Positions 1-9,926 are shown, counted from the stretch's first letter. The stretch is 55,122 nt of DNA from Gemmatales bacterium (GCA_025056555.1 JANWVZ010000002.1:1-55122); one strand, 5' to 3'. Numbers and translations: made by a program. Notes: generated from the letters alone by a model not told the origin.

Positions 1-330
1 GGTTCGCCCAGCAGGTTGAACACGCGGCCGAGCGTTTCCTTACCCACTGGCACCTTGACAGGGCCGCCTGTGTCCACCACGGGCATGCCACGCACTAAAC
101 CGTCCGTGGAACCGAGGGCCACGCAGCGAACTCGGTTGCCGCCCAGGTGTTGCTGCACTTCGCCCACCAGGTGGATTTTCACGCCTTTATATTCCGTGTC
201 AATCCGCAGGGCGTTATAGATCTCCGGCAGATGGCCTTCATCAAATTCCACGTCAAAAACCGAGCCGATCACTTGCACAATTCTTCCGATATGTTTCCCG
301 TTGGGTTGTCCGTCGGTGAGGCTGGCCATG
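1..330 (-). CDS. atpD: F1 ATP synthase beta subunit, N-terminal part (gene continues beyond window start)
   Basis: Reverse translation from the ATG at 330-328 gives [41 protein letters not shown]...[40 protein letters not shown]. This is the typical AtpD N-terminal beta-barrel. It sits directly downstream of atpG. Confidence 0.9.
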
Positions 331-425
331 GCTTGCACTCCATGTGAGTTATCACGATGCACCGAGATATGATTGTTGGAAAGTCGTTTGATCCTAGGCT
401 GACAAAAGTCAAGATTATTCATCCG

Positions 426-1391
426 CTACTTGAGCGCTTCGGCACCGCTGAGCACTTCCAGAATCTCCTTAGTGATATGCGCCTGGCGTGCTCGGTTATA
501 TTGGCGCGTGATGACGCGGATCATTTCCGTCGCGTTGTCGGTCGCCTGTTTCATGGCGATGCGACGGGCAATTTGTTCACTGACGGCGGCATCGAGGAAA
601 CATTTGAAGAGCCGCACTTTCAGCGACATCGGCAGCAATTCTTCCAGGATACTGCGGGGGTCGGGTAGGAATTCGTATTCGATAGTGCTGGGTGCTGCTG
701 GTGTAGCTCTGGTAAGGCTAGCAGTCGTTGCTTCCGACGTGGAAGACGTCGAGCCGGTGCCTGAAGCGTGTCGGCGGACGGGCGGGGCGAGCGTGCTCAA
801 CGGTAACAGCGTTTCGACGACGGGCGTTTGCCGCGACGCGCTCAGAAACTTCATATAGGCCACTTCTACCTGGTCGTAACGCCGCGTTAGATAGCCGTCT
901 AAGTAACGATTAGCCAGGACCTCCACCTCTTCAAAGCGCGGCTTGTCCTCGAAGTGGGTGTATTGTGCTTCGGAGGGTACGCCGTGATAGCGGAAATAAG
1001 TGATCGCCCGTTTGCCGGAGAGTTCCAGGTGTAGCTGCACTGCCGATTGTTCGTAGTGCTGCATGCGCTCAGTGGCGACCCGTAAAATGGCGGAGTTGTA
1101 TCCGCCACAAAGGCCGCGATTAGAACAGATGACCAGAAGCAAACTGCTGCGTACGGGTTCACGCTTCTCCAGAAGGGGATGTTGCAGGGAACCGCCCGCC
1201 GAGGCAGGAAGAGCCGCGGCACTCAGATCGGCAGCGAGTTCGGCGATCTTGCGGGTGTAGGCTTCGGCCTCCACCGCGCGATCCAGCGCCCGCTTGAACC
1301 GCGCCGTGGCAATGAGTTCCATAGTGCGGGTAATCTTGCGGATATTTTGAATCGCCTTGCGTCGTAATACCAGGTGCCGCAATTTTGGCAT
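426..1391 (-). CDS. atpG: F1 ATP synthase gamma subunit
   Basis: 321-aa ORF. N-terminus MPKLRHLVLRRKAIQNIRKITRTMELIATARFKRA and C-terminus MKQATDNATEMIRVITRQYNRARQAHITKEILEVLSGAEAL are canonical gamma helices. It lies between atpA and atpD. Confidence 0.9.
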   Translation of the reverse strand: MPKLRHLVLRRKAIQNIRKITRTMELIATARFKRALDRAVEAEAYTRKIAELAADLSAAALPASAGGSLQHPLLEKREPVRSSLLLVICSNRGLCGGYNSAILRVATERMQHYEQSAVQLHLELSGKRAITYFRYHGVPSEAQYTHFEDKPRFEEVEVLANRYLDGYLTRRYDQVEVAYMKFLSASRQTPVVETLLPLSTLAPPVRRHASGTGSTSSTSEATTASLTRATPAAPSTIEYEFLPDPRSILEELLPMSLKVRLFKCFLDAAVSEQIARRIAMKQATDNATEMIRVITRQYNRARQAHITKEILEVLSGAEALK

Positions 1392-1410
1392 GGTCGAACC
1401 TCGCCGAAGG

Positions 1411-3099
1411 TTACGCGGGCGGCTTGAATTGCGTCTGGAAGAACTCGATGGCCTTGATCAGGTTGGCCTCGATTTCGGGCGTGATCTTCTTTTCGCGGAT
1501 CAAAGCATTGCGCACTTCAGGGATTTGTTCCCGCATGAAACGGAGGAACTGTTCTTCCCAGGCGGCCACGTGGCGGACAGGGATGTTATCCAGGTAGCCA
1601 CGAGTTCCTGCAAAGATAATCATCACTTGGTCGGCGACGTGCATAGGCTTGTATTGCGGCTGCTTGAGGATTTCGACCATACGGTAGCCGCGATCCAGCT
1701 GAGCCTGCGTGGCCTTATCCAATTCGGTGCCTAATTGAGCAAACGCCTCCAATTCACGGAAAGCCGCCAAGTCGAGGCGCAGACTCCCCGCCACCTGTTT
1801 CATCGCGGGAATCTGAGCTTTCCCACCTACGCGAGACACGCTGATCCCCACGTCAATCGCAGGCCGCACACCTGCGAAGAACAAGCTCGGTTGCAGGTAA
1901 ATCTGACCGTCCGTAATGGAAATCACGTTGGTAGGAATGTACGCGGAAACTTCACCTTCGAGCGTTTCGATAATGGGTAGCGCCGTCAGCGAACCGCCCG
2001 ACTTTGGCAATTTGGCAAGTTTACAGCCAGGATGATTAGGCAGCACGTCCTTTCGCGCATGCTCCTTTTCGAGCGGCCCTTTGAAGACCCGCGGCGAACC
2101 GTCCTCGTTGCGTACCACGGAATGTTCGGGCGTGACCTCCTTATCGGGCACCGATTCGGGCACGATTACCCAATGCTCCGCTAATTTGGCCGAGCGTTCG
2201 AGTAACCGCGAATGGCAGTAGAAGATGTCGCCTGGATACGCCTCCCGTCCAGGCGGACGACGCATCAGCAGCGACAATTGCCGATAGGCCGCTGCCTGCT
2301 TGCTCAGGTCATCGTAAATGCATAGGGTGTCGCGACCCTGTTCGTACATGTAATATTCGGCCATGGCACAGCCCGCGTAGGGCGCGATGTATTGCAACGC
2401 TGCTGGAGCCGACGACGACGCCACCACCACGATGGTGTAATCCATCGCACCATGTTGCCGCAACGCTTCCACAACTTGAGCCACCGTAGACTCTTTTTGA
2501 CCGATGGCCACATATACGCAGATCACGTCTTCGTCCTTCTGGTTGATGATGGTATCTACCGCGATGGCCGTCTTGCCGGTCTTGCGATCGCCGATGATCA
2601 ACTCCCGCTGACCGCGACCGATGGGCGTCATACTGTCAATGGCTTTGATGCCCGTCTGTAGGGGCACATTCACAGGCTGACGCTCGGCCACCCCTGGAGC
2701 ATTGGATTCCACCAGACGAGTGTGGGGCGTAACGATGGGACCTTTGCCGTCGAGCGGATTCCCAAGCGGGTCCACCACACGGCCAATCATGGCATCGCCA
2801 ACGGGGACGCGCAACAGTTGCCCTGTGGCCCGAACCTCATCGCCCTCGCGGATGTCCAGATAGTCGCCTAGAATGATGATACCGACGGAAGTTTCCTCAA
2901 GGTTGAAAGCCAGCCCCATGACGCCGGTGCGGGTAAACTCGATCATTTCGCCCGACATGACACCGCTCAGCCCGTACACGCGGGCAATGCCGTCTCCAAT
3001 TTCCAGGACACGCCCAACTTCACGGGCTTCCAGTTGGGTGCGATATTGTTCAATCTCCGCTTGCAGTACTGAAACGATCTCGTTGGGTTTGAATCGCAT
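1411..3099 (-). CDS. atpA: F1 ATP synthase alpha subunit (carries a ~60-aa internal insertion)
   Basis: Start chosen at [20 protein letters not shown] (ATG 3099-3097); the longer ORF to 3216 is an upstream extension. P-loop [11 protein letters not shown] and the blocks [11 protein letters not shown] and [12 protein letters not shown]...[12 protein letters not shown] are present. Confidence 0.95.
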   Translation of the reverse strand: MRFKPNEIVSVLQAEIEQYRTQLEAREVGRVLEIGDGIARVYGLSGVMSGEMIEFTRTGVMGLAFNLEETSVGIIILGDYLDIREGDEVRATGQLLRVPVGDAMIGRVVDPLGNPLDGKGPIVTPHTRLVESNAPGVAERQPVNVPLQTGIKAIDSMTPIGRGQRELIIGDRKTGKTAIAVDTIINQKDEDVICVYVAIGQKESTVAQVVEALRQHGAMDYTIVVVASSSAPAALQYIAPYAGCAMAEYYMYEQGRDTLCIYDDLSKQAAAYRQLSLLMRRPPGREAYPGDIFYCHSRLLERSAKLAEHWVIVPESVPDKEVTPEHSVVRNEDGSPRVFKGPLEKEHARKDVLPNHPGCKLAKLPKSGGSLTALPIIETLEGEVSAYIPTNVISITDGQIYLQPSLFFAGVRPAIDVGISVSRVGGKAQIPAMKQVAGSLRLDLAAFRELEAFAQLGTELDKATQAQLDRGYRMVEILKQPQYKPMHVADQVMIIFAGTRGYLDNIPVRHVAAWEEQFLRFMREQIPEVRNALIREKKITPEIEANLIKAIEFFQTQFKPPA

Positions 3100-3727
3100 G
3101 GGCTGCCCTCGATAAAAGTTCCTTTCGGAATTTATCCAAGTGGCTGCGAACGGAGCCGTCGAAGACCCAATCGCCCAGGCGGACGACCAGGCCACCGAGC
3201 AGCTCGGGCTGGACACGGTTGGTCACCTGCGGTTCAATGTGAAAGATTTCGCGCAGTTGTCCAGCAATTCGTTCCAGGTAGCCTTCGCCCAAAGGCACTG
3301 CGGAACGTATTTCCACCCGTAGCCGTCGCGCTTCCCGATCCCGCAGTTGCTGATATGCCCGCACCGTGGTGCGGAGTAAATTGAGGCGATCATGGTCGTT
3401 GAGCACCAGCAGAAAATGCACCACCAACGGATGTGCACGCCCTTCGAATAACTTGCGGATCATTTCGGCCTTCCGCCGCCGCGAGATACTGCCGCTGGAC
3501 AGGAAAAGCTCCAACTCAGGACTGCTGCCTAACACGTCTTCGATCAGGGAGTTGAGTTGCTCTAACACCTCGTCCTCTGCCTGCTGACCGCGGGCCGCTT
3601 TCAGCAACGCTTCCGCATAAGCCCGTGCGATCTGCTCCCCCTTAATATCCAGCACCGTCGGATACAGGGGACGATCTACAGTTCGAGGCTGAGGATAGGT
3701 ATGCGAAGGCTGTGAGTGTTCACTCAT
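3050..3727 (-). CDS. atpH: F1 ATP synthase delta (OSCP) subunit
   Basis: 225-aa ORF between atpF and atpA. It has the delta-like C-terminal block [29 protein letters not shown]. Its 3' end overlaps the chosen atpA start by 50 nt in another frame. Confidence 0.8.
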   Translation of the reverse strand: MSEHSQPSHTYPQPRTVDRPLYPTVLDIKGEQIARAYAEALLKAARGQQAEDEVLEQLNSLIEDVLGSSPELELFLSSGSISRRRKAEMIRKLFEGRAHPLVVHFLLVLNDHDRLNLLRTTVRAYQQLRDREARRLRVEIRSAVPLGEGYLERIAGQLREIFHIEPQVTNRVQPELLGGLVVRLGDWVFDGSVRSHLDKFRKELLSRAAHAIQTQRDRFSTASGD

Positions 3728-3850
3728 GACTGATTGCAGGCTCGATTTATCACGCCAGGTTAGCCGCAGGCACTAGCCGAGAGTTCGGTGACTGGCCTTA
3801 GATTGCCCAGGACAGACGCGGCAGGCGCAGTCGTCACGGCCTACGCTCGC

Positions 3851-4564
3851 TTAGGGTTGGAAATTGCCGACCAGTACTGCGTGTTCCCGTTCGTAACGTT
3901 CACCGTGTTGTCGCAGTTCGGCCAGTGCCTCATCCAGAAGTCGGCGGTGATCATCTTCACTAAGTGAGCGGCGAATGGCCTTTTCGGAGATGAGCACAGC
4001 CAAGCGCACCGCCTCGTGCCAGATTTGTTGCAAGGCTTGATCGCGAGCCCGGGCCAATTCCCGCATGAGCCGTTCGCGCTCTGCTTGGACTTCCGCCAGG
4101 CCGCGCGCGCGGATTTCCTCGGCAGTCCGCTCGGCGTCGCGACGGGCCTCGTCGAGGATTTCCCGCACCTTTTCGCCGCAACGCTGCATCTCCTGTTGCA
4201 GTTGCTCGCGAATGCGTTGCGCCTCAGCCCGTGCCTGCTCGGCCTCTGCTAGAGCGCGGTGGATGTTTTCTTCCCGCTGTTTCAGGCCCTCCAACATCGG
4301 TCGCCAGGCCAGTCTACTCAAGACTACGAGCAACAAACCGAAGACCACTAGCGACCAGACGGCCAAGTCCAGAGAAAAGGAAAGTGGCCCTTCGTCCCCG
4401 CCGCCATGACCGTGTTCTGCCGAGGCCGCTCCGTGCGCGGGCACCGCCGCGGCCCAAAGCGGCGCGACGCTATAGTACCCCAAGAGCAGTGTAATTCCCA
4501 GCGCCCAAAACAGCGCCGCGAAACCTTTGCCTTGAAAAATCGTGCCCAGCCTCAGCCCTTGCAT
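3851..4564 (-). CDS. atpF: Fo ATP synthase subunit b (N-terminally extended)
   Basis: TM segment LAVWSLVVFGLLLVVL is followed by a long charged coiled-coil (MLEGLKQREENIHRALAEAEQARAEAQRIREQLQ...). An extra N-terminal hydrophobic segment and an AEHGHGGGDEGP stretch precede it. The exact start is uncertain. Confidence 0.8.
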   Translation of the reverse strand: MQGLRLGTIFQGKGFAALFWALGITLLLGYYSVAPLWAAAVPAHGAASAEHGHGGGDEGPLSFSLDLAVWSLVVFGLLLVVLSRLAWRPMLEGLKQREENIHRALAEAEQARAEAQRIREQLQQEMQRCGEKVREILDEARRDAERTAEEIRARGLAEVQAERERLMRELARARDQALQQIWHEAVRLAVLISEKAIRRSLSEDDHRRLLDEALAELRQHGERYEREHAVLVGNFQP

Positions 4565-4696
4565 GCAGATGACCTCCGCTTCAGTCTGACAAACCGACTG
4601 GACTGACTTTCCCTCGCGTAATCCAATGGTTGAGGTAAGATACGAGAGTTAGTGGCAGTGAAAAAGCCTCCGAATCTAAGTTGCGGACCAGGGCTT

Positions 4697-5011
4697 CTAA
4701 GCCTTAACCGCCATGATAATGCACACAATCAAGGCAAAGAAGGTTGCCCCTTCCAGGAGGGCTGCAATAATCAACATTCCGGTTTGAATGCGCGGGGCAA
4801 TTTCTGGTTGCCGTGCCATGCTTTCCAGCGCCGCCTGCCCAATCCGACCAAAGCCCCAACCTGCGCCAATGAGCACCAGCGCCGTGCCGAAGCCCGCACC
4901 CGCCGCATTTCCCTCTAATAGGGAGAACCCGGCCTGTTGAGCGGCGACGGGTAGCACACTCAATAGTAATGCTGCTAGCACCAGGCTCAAGGTTACGAAG
5001 TTCCTATTCAT
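4697..5011 (-). CDS. atpE: Fo ATP synthase subunit c with N-terminal signal-like extension
   Basis: C-terminal 70 aa form a c-subunit hairpin: G-rich helix LIGAGWGFGRIG, loop MARQPE, and a second helix with the carboxylate IIAALLEGATFFALIV. ATG at 5011 is preferred because AGGAGG lies just upstream; the ORF also opens at 5026. Confidence 0.85.
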   Translation of the reverse strand: MNRNFVTLSLVLAALLLSVLPVAAQQAGFSLLEGNAAGAGFGTALVLIGAGWGFGRIGQAALESMARQPEIAPRIQTGMLIIAALLEGATFFALIVCIIMAVKA

Positions 5012-5169
5012 CGTCCCTCCTCTCATCTTGTGGTTAGGAATTCATCCCCTCAATCCAGTTCCTTCCCGAGCCAGGAGCTGAGGATTTCCTGGTCAATTCT
5101 TGGGAAAAGTTGCGAAGAATTCTCATTCGCAGGAATGGGTTACCCTCAAGTCCCTTGCTTGAAAGAAAT

Positions 5170-6180
5170 TTAGTGTTCCATGTGCAGTTGGAAACCTAGG
5201 AAAAGCGCCGTCAGGAAGGTAAAGATAAACGCCTGTAAGAAAGCAACGAAAATCTCGAGCAAACTCAACGCCACTACGCCGAAAACGCTCCCGATAGTAA
5301 CCACTCCCCAGATCATGGGGTGCGCGCTCTTGGCCATGACGATAAACGACATAATGAAGGCCAGAACCGTATGTCCCGCAAAAATGTTAGCAAACAGTCG
5401 CACAGCCAGCACACTGGCCTTGATCACGTGGCCCAGGAATTCAATGGCAACGATCATCACGATTAGGGGCCAGCCTAAAAGCAAAGGGATCCCTGTCTGC
5501 GGTACGTGCGCCAAGACATAACGATATAGACCCACTAACGGAGCGAGTAATAGCGGGATGTGCTTGCTTCCTTGCGCCGGGGTAATCGCATGTTTTCCGT
5601 CAGGATGTCCTTCGGCCGCAGAATGTTGTGCAGAGCGAGCATGGGCACCGTGCCCATGCTTGCTTTCGTCATGATGTTCTAAGTGATGTCCTCCGTGCTC
5701 CAACTGGTACCGGATCGCGGCACCGTGAATCAAAAGGAAACTGCACAATGCCAATGCGCCGGTCACGCTTAGGTCGCCCGTTGGTGAGCCAAGAAACGGC
5801 ACCATGCCCAGCAGGTTGCAAAACAAGATAAATAAGAACACCGTCCAGATATACGGCACAAAGCGATCCGCGTCTTTTTCGCCAATGTATGGCTTAGCCA
5901 CTTCCTCCCGCAGGAAAGTCAAGATTACCTCGAAGCAATTCCAGAAATATCCTCGTGGAGGCTGACCAGTCCGCGCACGGCGTGCTATCGGGACGTAAAT
6001 CGCGACGAGCAACAAAGCCGCAAGCAACTCGATCACCATAAATTTCGTAATCTGGAACGGCTCCTTGCGAAACGGTAATGGAATCGCGGGTAAATGGATC
6101 TCTATCCTACCCGTCAGACTGTTGTCAAAGAAAGTCCAGACAGCAGAGTCTTTCGAATGTTCGAGAGGACTATGTGCCAT
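5170..6180 (-). CDS. atpB: Fo ATP synthase subunit a (with His-rich loop insertion)
   Basis: 336-aa polytopic ORF with the essential-arginine helix VLAVRLFANIFAGHTVL. It sits immediately upstream of atpE. Confidence 0.9.
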   Translation of the reverse strand: MAHSPLEHSKDSAVWTFFDNSLTGRIEIHLPAIPLPFRKEPFQITKFMVIELLAALLLVAIYVPIARRARTGQPPRGYFWNCFEVILTFLREEVAKPYIGEKDADRFVPYIWTVFLFILFCNLLGMVPFLGSPTGDLSVTGALALCSFLLIHGAAIRYQLEHGGHHLEHHDESKHGHGAHARSAQHSAAEGHPDGKHAITPAQGSKHIPLLLAPLVGLYRYVLAHVPQTGIPLLLGWPLIVMIVAIEFLGHVIKASVLAVRLFANIFAGHTVLAFIMSFIVMAKSAHPMIWGVVTIGSVFGVVALSLLEIFVAFLQAFIFTFLTALFLGFQLHMEH

Positions 6181-6276
6181 AATCGCGCCGGTTTTCGTTG
6201 CCCAAAGTATAGCTGATTCCAGGCCAGGGGAAAAGCCTGCGGTAGCAAGATTTATGCCAATGCTGCGACGCTTGCT

Positions 6277-6657
6277 TTATTGGGGTGGAGCTATACGGCG
6301 GAGAGAGAAAAGCAATTCAGTAAGCAAAACGGCCAAGTAGGAGGCCATCAGAGGCATCCAAAAGCTCAGGGCGCTGCCCCAGGATACCGTAAGAAGCACC
6401 ACCGCTGCGCCGCCCAGGGTGAGGATGAGGCGGATGCCTGTTCCCGCTAGTGCCCACAGGCTGACAGTCGCAGGTGAAGTTCTGCACCCCCCCAAAGTGA
6501 GGGCGTGGGCCAGCAGCGCAGGAATGAGCACCAGGGCAATGGCGGTGATCGTAGGCACCACCGCGACCATCCCGTCCTGACTCAACATCAGGGACGGCAG
6601 CAATCCCGCACCGAGGCAGACCACGGTAATGACGGCCAATTCGAGTATGCCGATCAT
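6277..6657 (-). CDS. atpI: ATP synthase protein I-like small membrane protein
   Basis: About 127 aa from MIGILELAV (ATG 6657-6655), four hydrophobic segments, positioned between atpZ and atpB as in many atp operons. The longer ORF to 6789 would overlap atpZ. Confidence 0.5.
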   Translation of the reverse strand: MIGILELAVITVVCLGAGLLPSLMLSQDGMVAVVPTITAIALVLIPALLAHALTLGGCRTSPATVSLWALAGTGIRLILTLGGAAVVLLTVSWGSALSFWMPLMASYLAVLLTELLFSLRRIAPPQ

Positions 6658-6677
6658 AGGCCCCAACCCGCGGAGGA

Positions 6678-6914
6678 TTACGGAGTCGAGTCCTTGGACG
6701 AGGGTTGACCGGGGGACTCCCGCAGCAGGAGCCACAAGTGAATCATTCCCACGGCAAATCCCACGATGACTCCTGTAATCACCAGCCACGGCATGGTTCC
6801 CCAGCGATAGTCCAACCAGGCACCGACCGCAATCGGCAGCGCCATCTCCAAGCCGACTTGCGCCAAGGCAAAATAGCGTCCCACTTCGCGGGGACTGGCG
6901 CCTTTCAGTACCAC
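6678..6914 (-). CDS. atpZ: AtpZ/AtpI-family small membrane protein (first gene of atp operon)
   Basis: 78 aa with two TM helices. The sequence FALAQVGLEMALPIAVGAWLDYRWGTMPWLVITGVIVGFAVG resembles the AtpZ family pattern. Confidence 0.65.
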   Translation of the reverse strand: MVLKGASPREVGRYFALAQVGLEMALPIAVGAWLDYRWGTMPWLVITGVIVGFAVGMIHLWLLLRESPGQPSSKDSTP

Positions 6915-7012
6915 CTGATTACTCCGCCAGAGTGCGGTTTGGCCCTCGTTCCCTGGCTTTATCCAGCCTATGGAGGTAAGCTTGGTTTGGCGGCTGGAAA
7001 GTAAGGACTACT

Positions 7013-7041
7013 ATTTTTGGAACGAACGCAGCCATCGTCAA
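7013..7041 (-). promoter_or_regulatory. Candidate sigma70-type promoter for the atp operon
   Basis: On the minus strand TTGACG (7041-7036), a 17-nt spacer, then AAAAAT (7018-7013), about 100 nt upstream of the atpZ start. Hexamer match only. Confidence 0.2.
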
Positions 7042-7226
7042 CCTTCAGCGCGCAATTTTTCGCGATTTGCCTGCGGTTCCGAAGCTGGATATACAGCTAG
7101 TTGCCTGGTTGGCAGGCGAACAAGAAAAAAATTCGTTCTGCTATTTTCTTACGACCACGTTCCCGCTGCCATCAAAGCAGGTGAATGCTAATCAGAGCAA
7201 TCATCGGGCCTGACAGCTTCACGGAC

Positions 7227-7891
7227 TCAAGTTAGGTCATTACTATGTGAGCTGAACCGTTGGCCCCCATGCTGCAGCGCTTGGTGTTCATCAGCGACGC
7301 TATCAGGGGCTAATTGGACCCGCACGGTGAAGTCCTGGGTCATCCCTCAGGCTGAGAGTTTCCGGTCAAGAAATCGGATCTTTATCGCATCGCCCGTTTT
7401 GTAGATTTGTACCAGAGCGGCGAGTGGAACACCCGGCAGCGGGAGTGCTTCGCCCCCGAAAGTGTCCTGGCACCAAGCCAGTCTTTCGCGAACTATATGT
7501 GATCCTTGAGCAGGAACGGCGCGATATTTCCAATTCCAACCGATATGCTGGCCACGATGTACGCGAAAGGCAAGCTCTAGCTCTACTAAGCCAGCGGGCT
7601 TGGCACGCCCCACGAAGACGGGTACAAGGTTGTTTACGAAGCCGGTGTTTACGCTTGGATAACCTACCAAGGTGCCAAGTTCACATTCTGGAAGTGAAAT
7701 CGTTCACATTAGAGGCGGTTTATTTCGTTCACTTGGGCTAAATTGCTTCCCTGCTGCTGACTGAAGTATCGCCCGGCAACTTCAGCGAAGTGATGCGCAA
7801 ACTGCATTTGCTCGTCAGGGTCGCTCAAGCCGCGAAAGTTGCAGCTGAAGCCAGCGTTTCCGCCGTGCAATTTCAGGCGGCGCCGTTGCAC
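7227..7891 (-). pseudogene. Possible degraded gene: three reading-frame pieces, no family recognised
   Basis: A 60-aa ORF (7709-7891) and a 107-aa ORF (7347-7670) are in different frames. The 107-aa ORF ends at TGA 7349-7347, and the same frame stays open for 39 more codons (GMTQDFTVRVQLAPDSVADEHQALQHGG...) to 7227. The surrounding DNA is visibly lower in GC. Confidence 0.25.
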
Positions 7892-8225
7892 GTAACCTGC
7901 GATTTACTCCACTTGGGAATGAAACCCTCGAGCTACCTCGGGTTCTGATTTGCAGTCATTGTTCCGATTACAATGTCCTCCTAAGGAGTGCTATAGTCCA
8001 CCGCGAACCTAACGGCCCTCGGTGTATCGTACTTGTTTAGGCACAACATCGTGGCCGACTCTTCCTGCCTTTCGCCGCCGACCCACTCACCTACGAAGTG
8101 ATCAACAAACTTCTACTACCCGCTCGCAACCGCGAAATTTGTCATCTCAGAGTTCTACGATGCGATCTCAGTGCCCTAAGACGATCAGCGCCTTGGGCCA
8201 CGGTTCCGCTATCGCGTGAACTGTC

Positions 8226-9926
8226 TTAGTAGCCCGCGGCATAGCCGTCTTTGCGATACTCGCTACCGCCTAACAAGGTGCCGTTATCCCAGTCAATCAG
8301 AATGCCCTGATAGCCGCCGCCATTGCGAGACACCCGCCGCACCTCATGACCCCGCCGCTTCAGCTCCTCCACGACGCTCTCTGGGATGCCGGGCTCAGCC
8401 AATACGACACCGCCCCGCGGATCGCCGGGTCGTCCCGTGGGTGTCGGAGAACCCACGTGCTCGATCCGCGGAGCCTCTCCCGCTGCCTGCACGTCCATAC
8501 CGAAATCCAACAAGTTCACCAACACTTGCACCTGCCCCTGGGGCTGCATATCGCCTCCCATCACGCCGAAGACGAAAAACGGCCTGCCGTCCTTGGTCAC
8601 CAACGCCGGAATGATGGTATGGAACGGTCGCTTGCCTGGTTCCAAACGGTTGGCATGCTGCTCGTCCAGACTCAACAGCGTGCCGCGATTTTGCAAAGCG
8701 AATCCCAATTCCCCCGGCACCAATCCCGAGCCAAAGCTGTGATAATTACTTTGAATTAGGGACACACAATTGCGATCCTTGTCCACAACGCACAAGTAAA
8801 TCGTGTCGCCTGCGGCCAGTTTCGGATCGCCCGCCGGCACGTCGGTCAAGGCTTTATCGAGGCGAATGAGTTGCCGACGCCGCTCAGCATACGGCTTAGA
8901 GATCAATTCCGCCACCGGCACCTTGGCAAACTGCGGATCGGCATAATAGCGTGCCCGATCTGCATAAGCCAGTTTCTTCGCCTCAATAAACAAATGCCAC
9001 CAATCAGGACTATTAGGTCCGAAGCTCTTGAGGTCGTACGGCTCAAGCAAGTTCAGTATCTGCAACACGGCAATTCCCTGTCCGGGCGGTGGTAACTGCC
9101 AGACATGATATCCTCGATACGTCGTACTCACAGGCTCGACCCACGTCGAGGTGTGTTCCTCAAAATCTTGAATACTAAACAACCCTCCAACACGTTCCGA
9201 ATAGGCCACTATCTCTCGAGCTATTCGCCCACGATAAAACGTCTCACGCCCGTTCGCTGCCAACTCCCGATAGGTCCGTGCTAGATACGGATTGCGAAAC
9301 AACTCACCAGCCCTTGGAGCCCGACCATCCTGCATGAAAGTCTTGCTTGCCTCTGGCGTCTTAGCCAATAGCTTCTCCGCACCACGCCAATAACCCGCAA
9401 TCACCTCGGGCACTGGAAAACCATCCTCTGCATAGCGAATACTCGGCTCTAACAGTTCAGCCAGCGATTTCGTCCCAAACCGCCGACGCAACTCCTCCCA
9501 GCCATCCACACAGCCGGGCACCGACCACGACAACGGCCCGGTCGTCGGGATTTCTTTGTAGCCACGTTCGACAAACCACTGTCGTGTGGCCCGCTTGGGT
9601 GCCCGACCACTGGCATTCAAACCATAAAGCCTCTGTGTTTTCGCATCCCACACGAGAGCGAATAAGTCGCCTCCTATGCCGCACGACATAGGTTCCATCA
9701 GGCCGAGAGCCGCATTCGCAGCAATCGCCGCATCTACCGCGTTGCCCCCCTGCTTGAGCACGTCTAGTCCAACTTGCACCGCCAGCGGATGACTCGTCGC
9801 GACCATGCCATTTTTAGCTACGCTCACCGAACGACCTGACCTCCCCGCGGGAATGGCCGCGCGTTCCGCAGCCAGCCCCACCGCCAGCGCTCCCACTAAC
9901 ACCGCCACTAAGGTCAGCCATTTCAT
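8226..9926 (-). CDS. ggt: Gamma-glutamyltransferase (secreted)
   Basis: 566 aa with signal peptide MKWLTLVAVLVGALAVGLAA. The autoprocessing Thr context is AAGDTIYLCVVDKD, and the C-terminal block is FGVMGGDMQPQGQVQVLVNLLDFGMDVQAAGEAPR. Confidence 0.95.
   Translation of the reverse strand: MKWLTLVAVLVGALAVGLAAERAAIPAGRSGRSVSVAKNGMVATSHPLAVQVGLDVLKQGGNAVDAAIAANAALGLMEPMSCGIGGDLFALVWDAKTQRLYGLNASGRAPKRATRQWFVERGYKEIPTTGPLSWSVPGCVDGWEELRRRFGTKSLAELLEPSIRYAEDGFPVPEVIAGYWRGAEKLLAKTPEASKTFMQDGRAPRAGELFRNPYLARTYRELAANGRETFYRGRIAREIVAYSERVGGLFSIQDFEEHTSTWVEPVSTTYRGYHVWQLPPPGQGIAVLQILNLLEPYDLKSFGPNSPDWWHLFIEAKKLAYADRARYYADPQFAKVPVAELISKPYAERRRQLIRLDKALTDVPAGDPKLAAGDTIYLCVVDKDRNCVSLIQSNYHSFGSGLVPGELGFALQNRGTLLSLDEQHANRLEPGKRPFHTIIPALVTKDGRPFFVFGVMGGDMQPQGQVQVLVNLLDFGMDVQAAGEAPRIEHVGSPTPTGRPGDPRGGVVLAEPGIPESVVEELKRRGHEVRRVSRNGGGYQGILIDWDNGTLLGGSEYRKDGYAAGY

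Noticed and set aside
2000-2183. AtpA insertion as an intein or mobile insertion
   Set aside because: It is only about 60 aa, with no Cys/Ser/Thr at the upstream junction, no His-Asn plus Cys/Ser/Thr at the downstream junction, and no endonuclease motifs.
1-6914. Whether the atp cluster is an N-type (Na+) ATPase operon
   Set aside because: The gene order atpZ-I-B-E-F-H-A-G-D with a delta subunit is the canonical F-type order. The N-ATPase order (atpDC-QR-BEFAG, no delta) is not seen, and the c-subunit lacks the Q...E-S/T...Y Na+-binding pattern.
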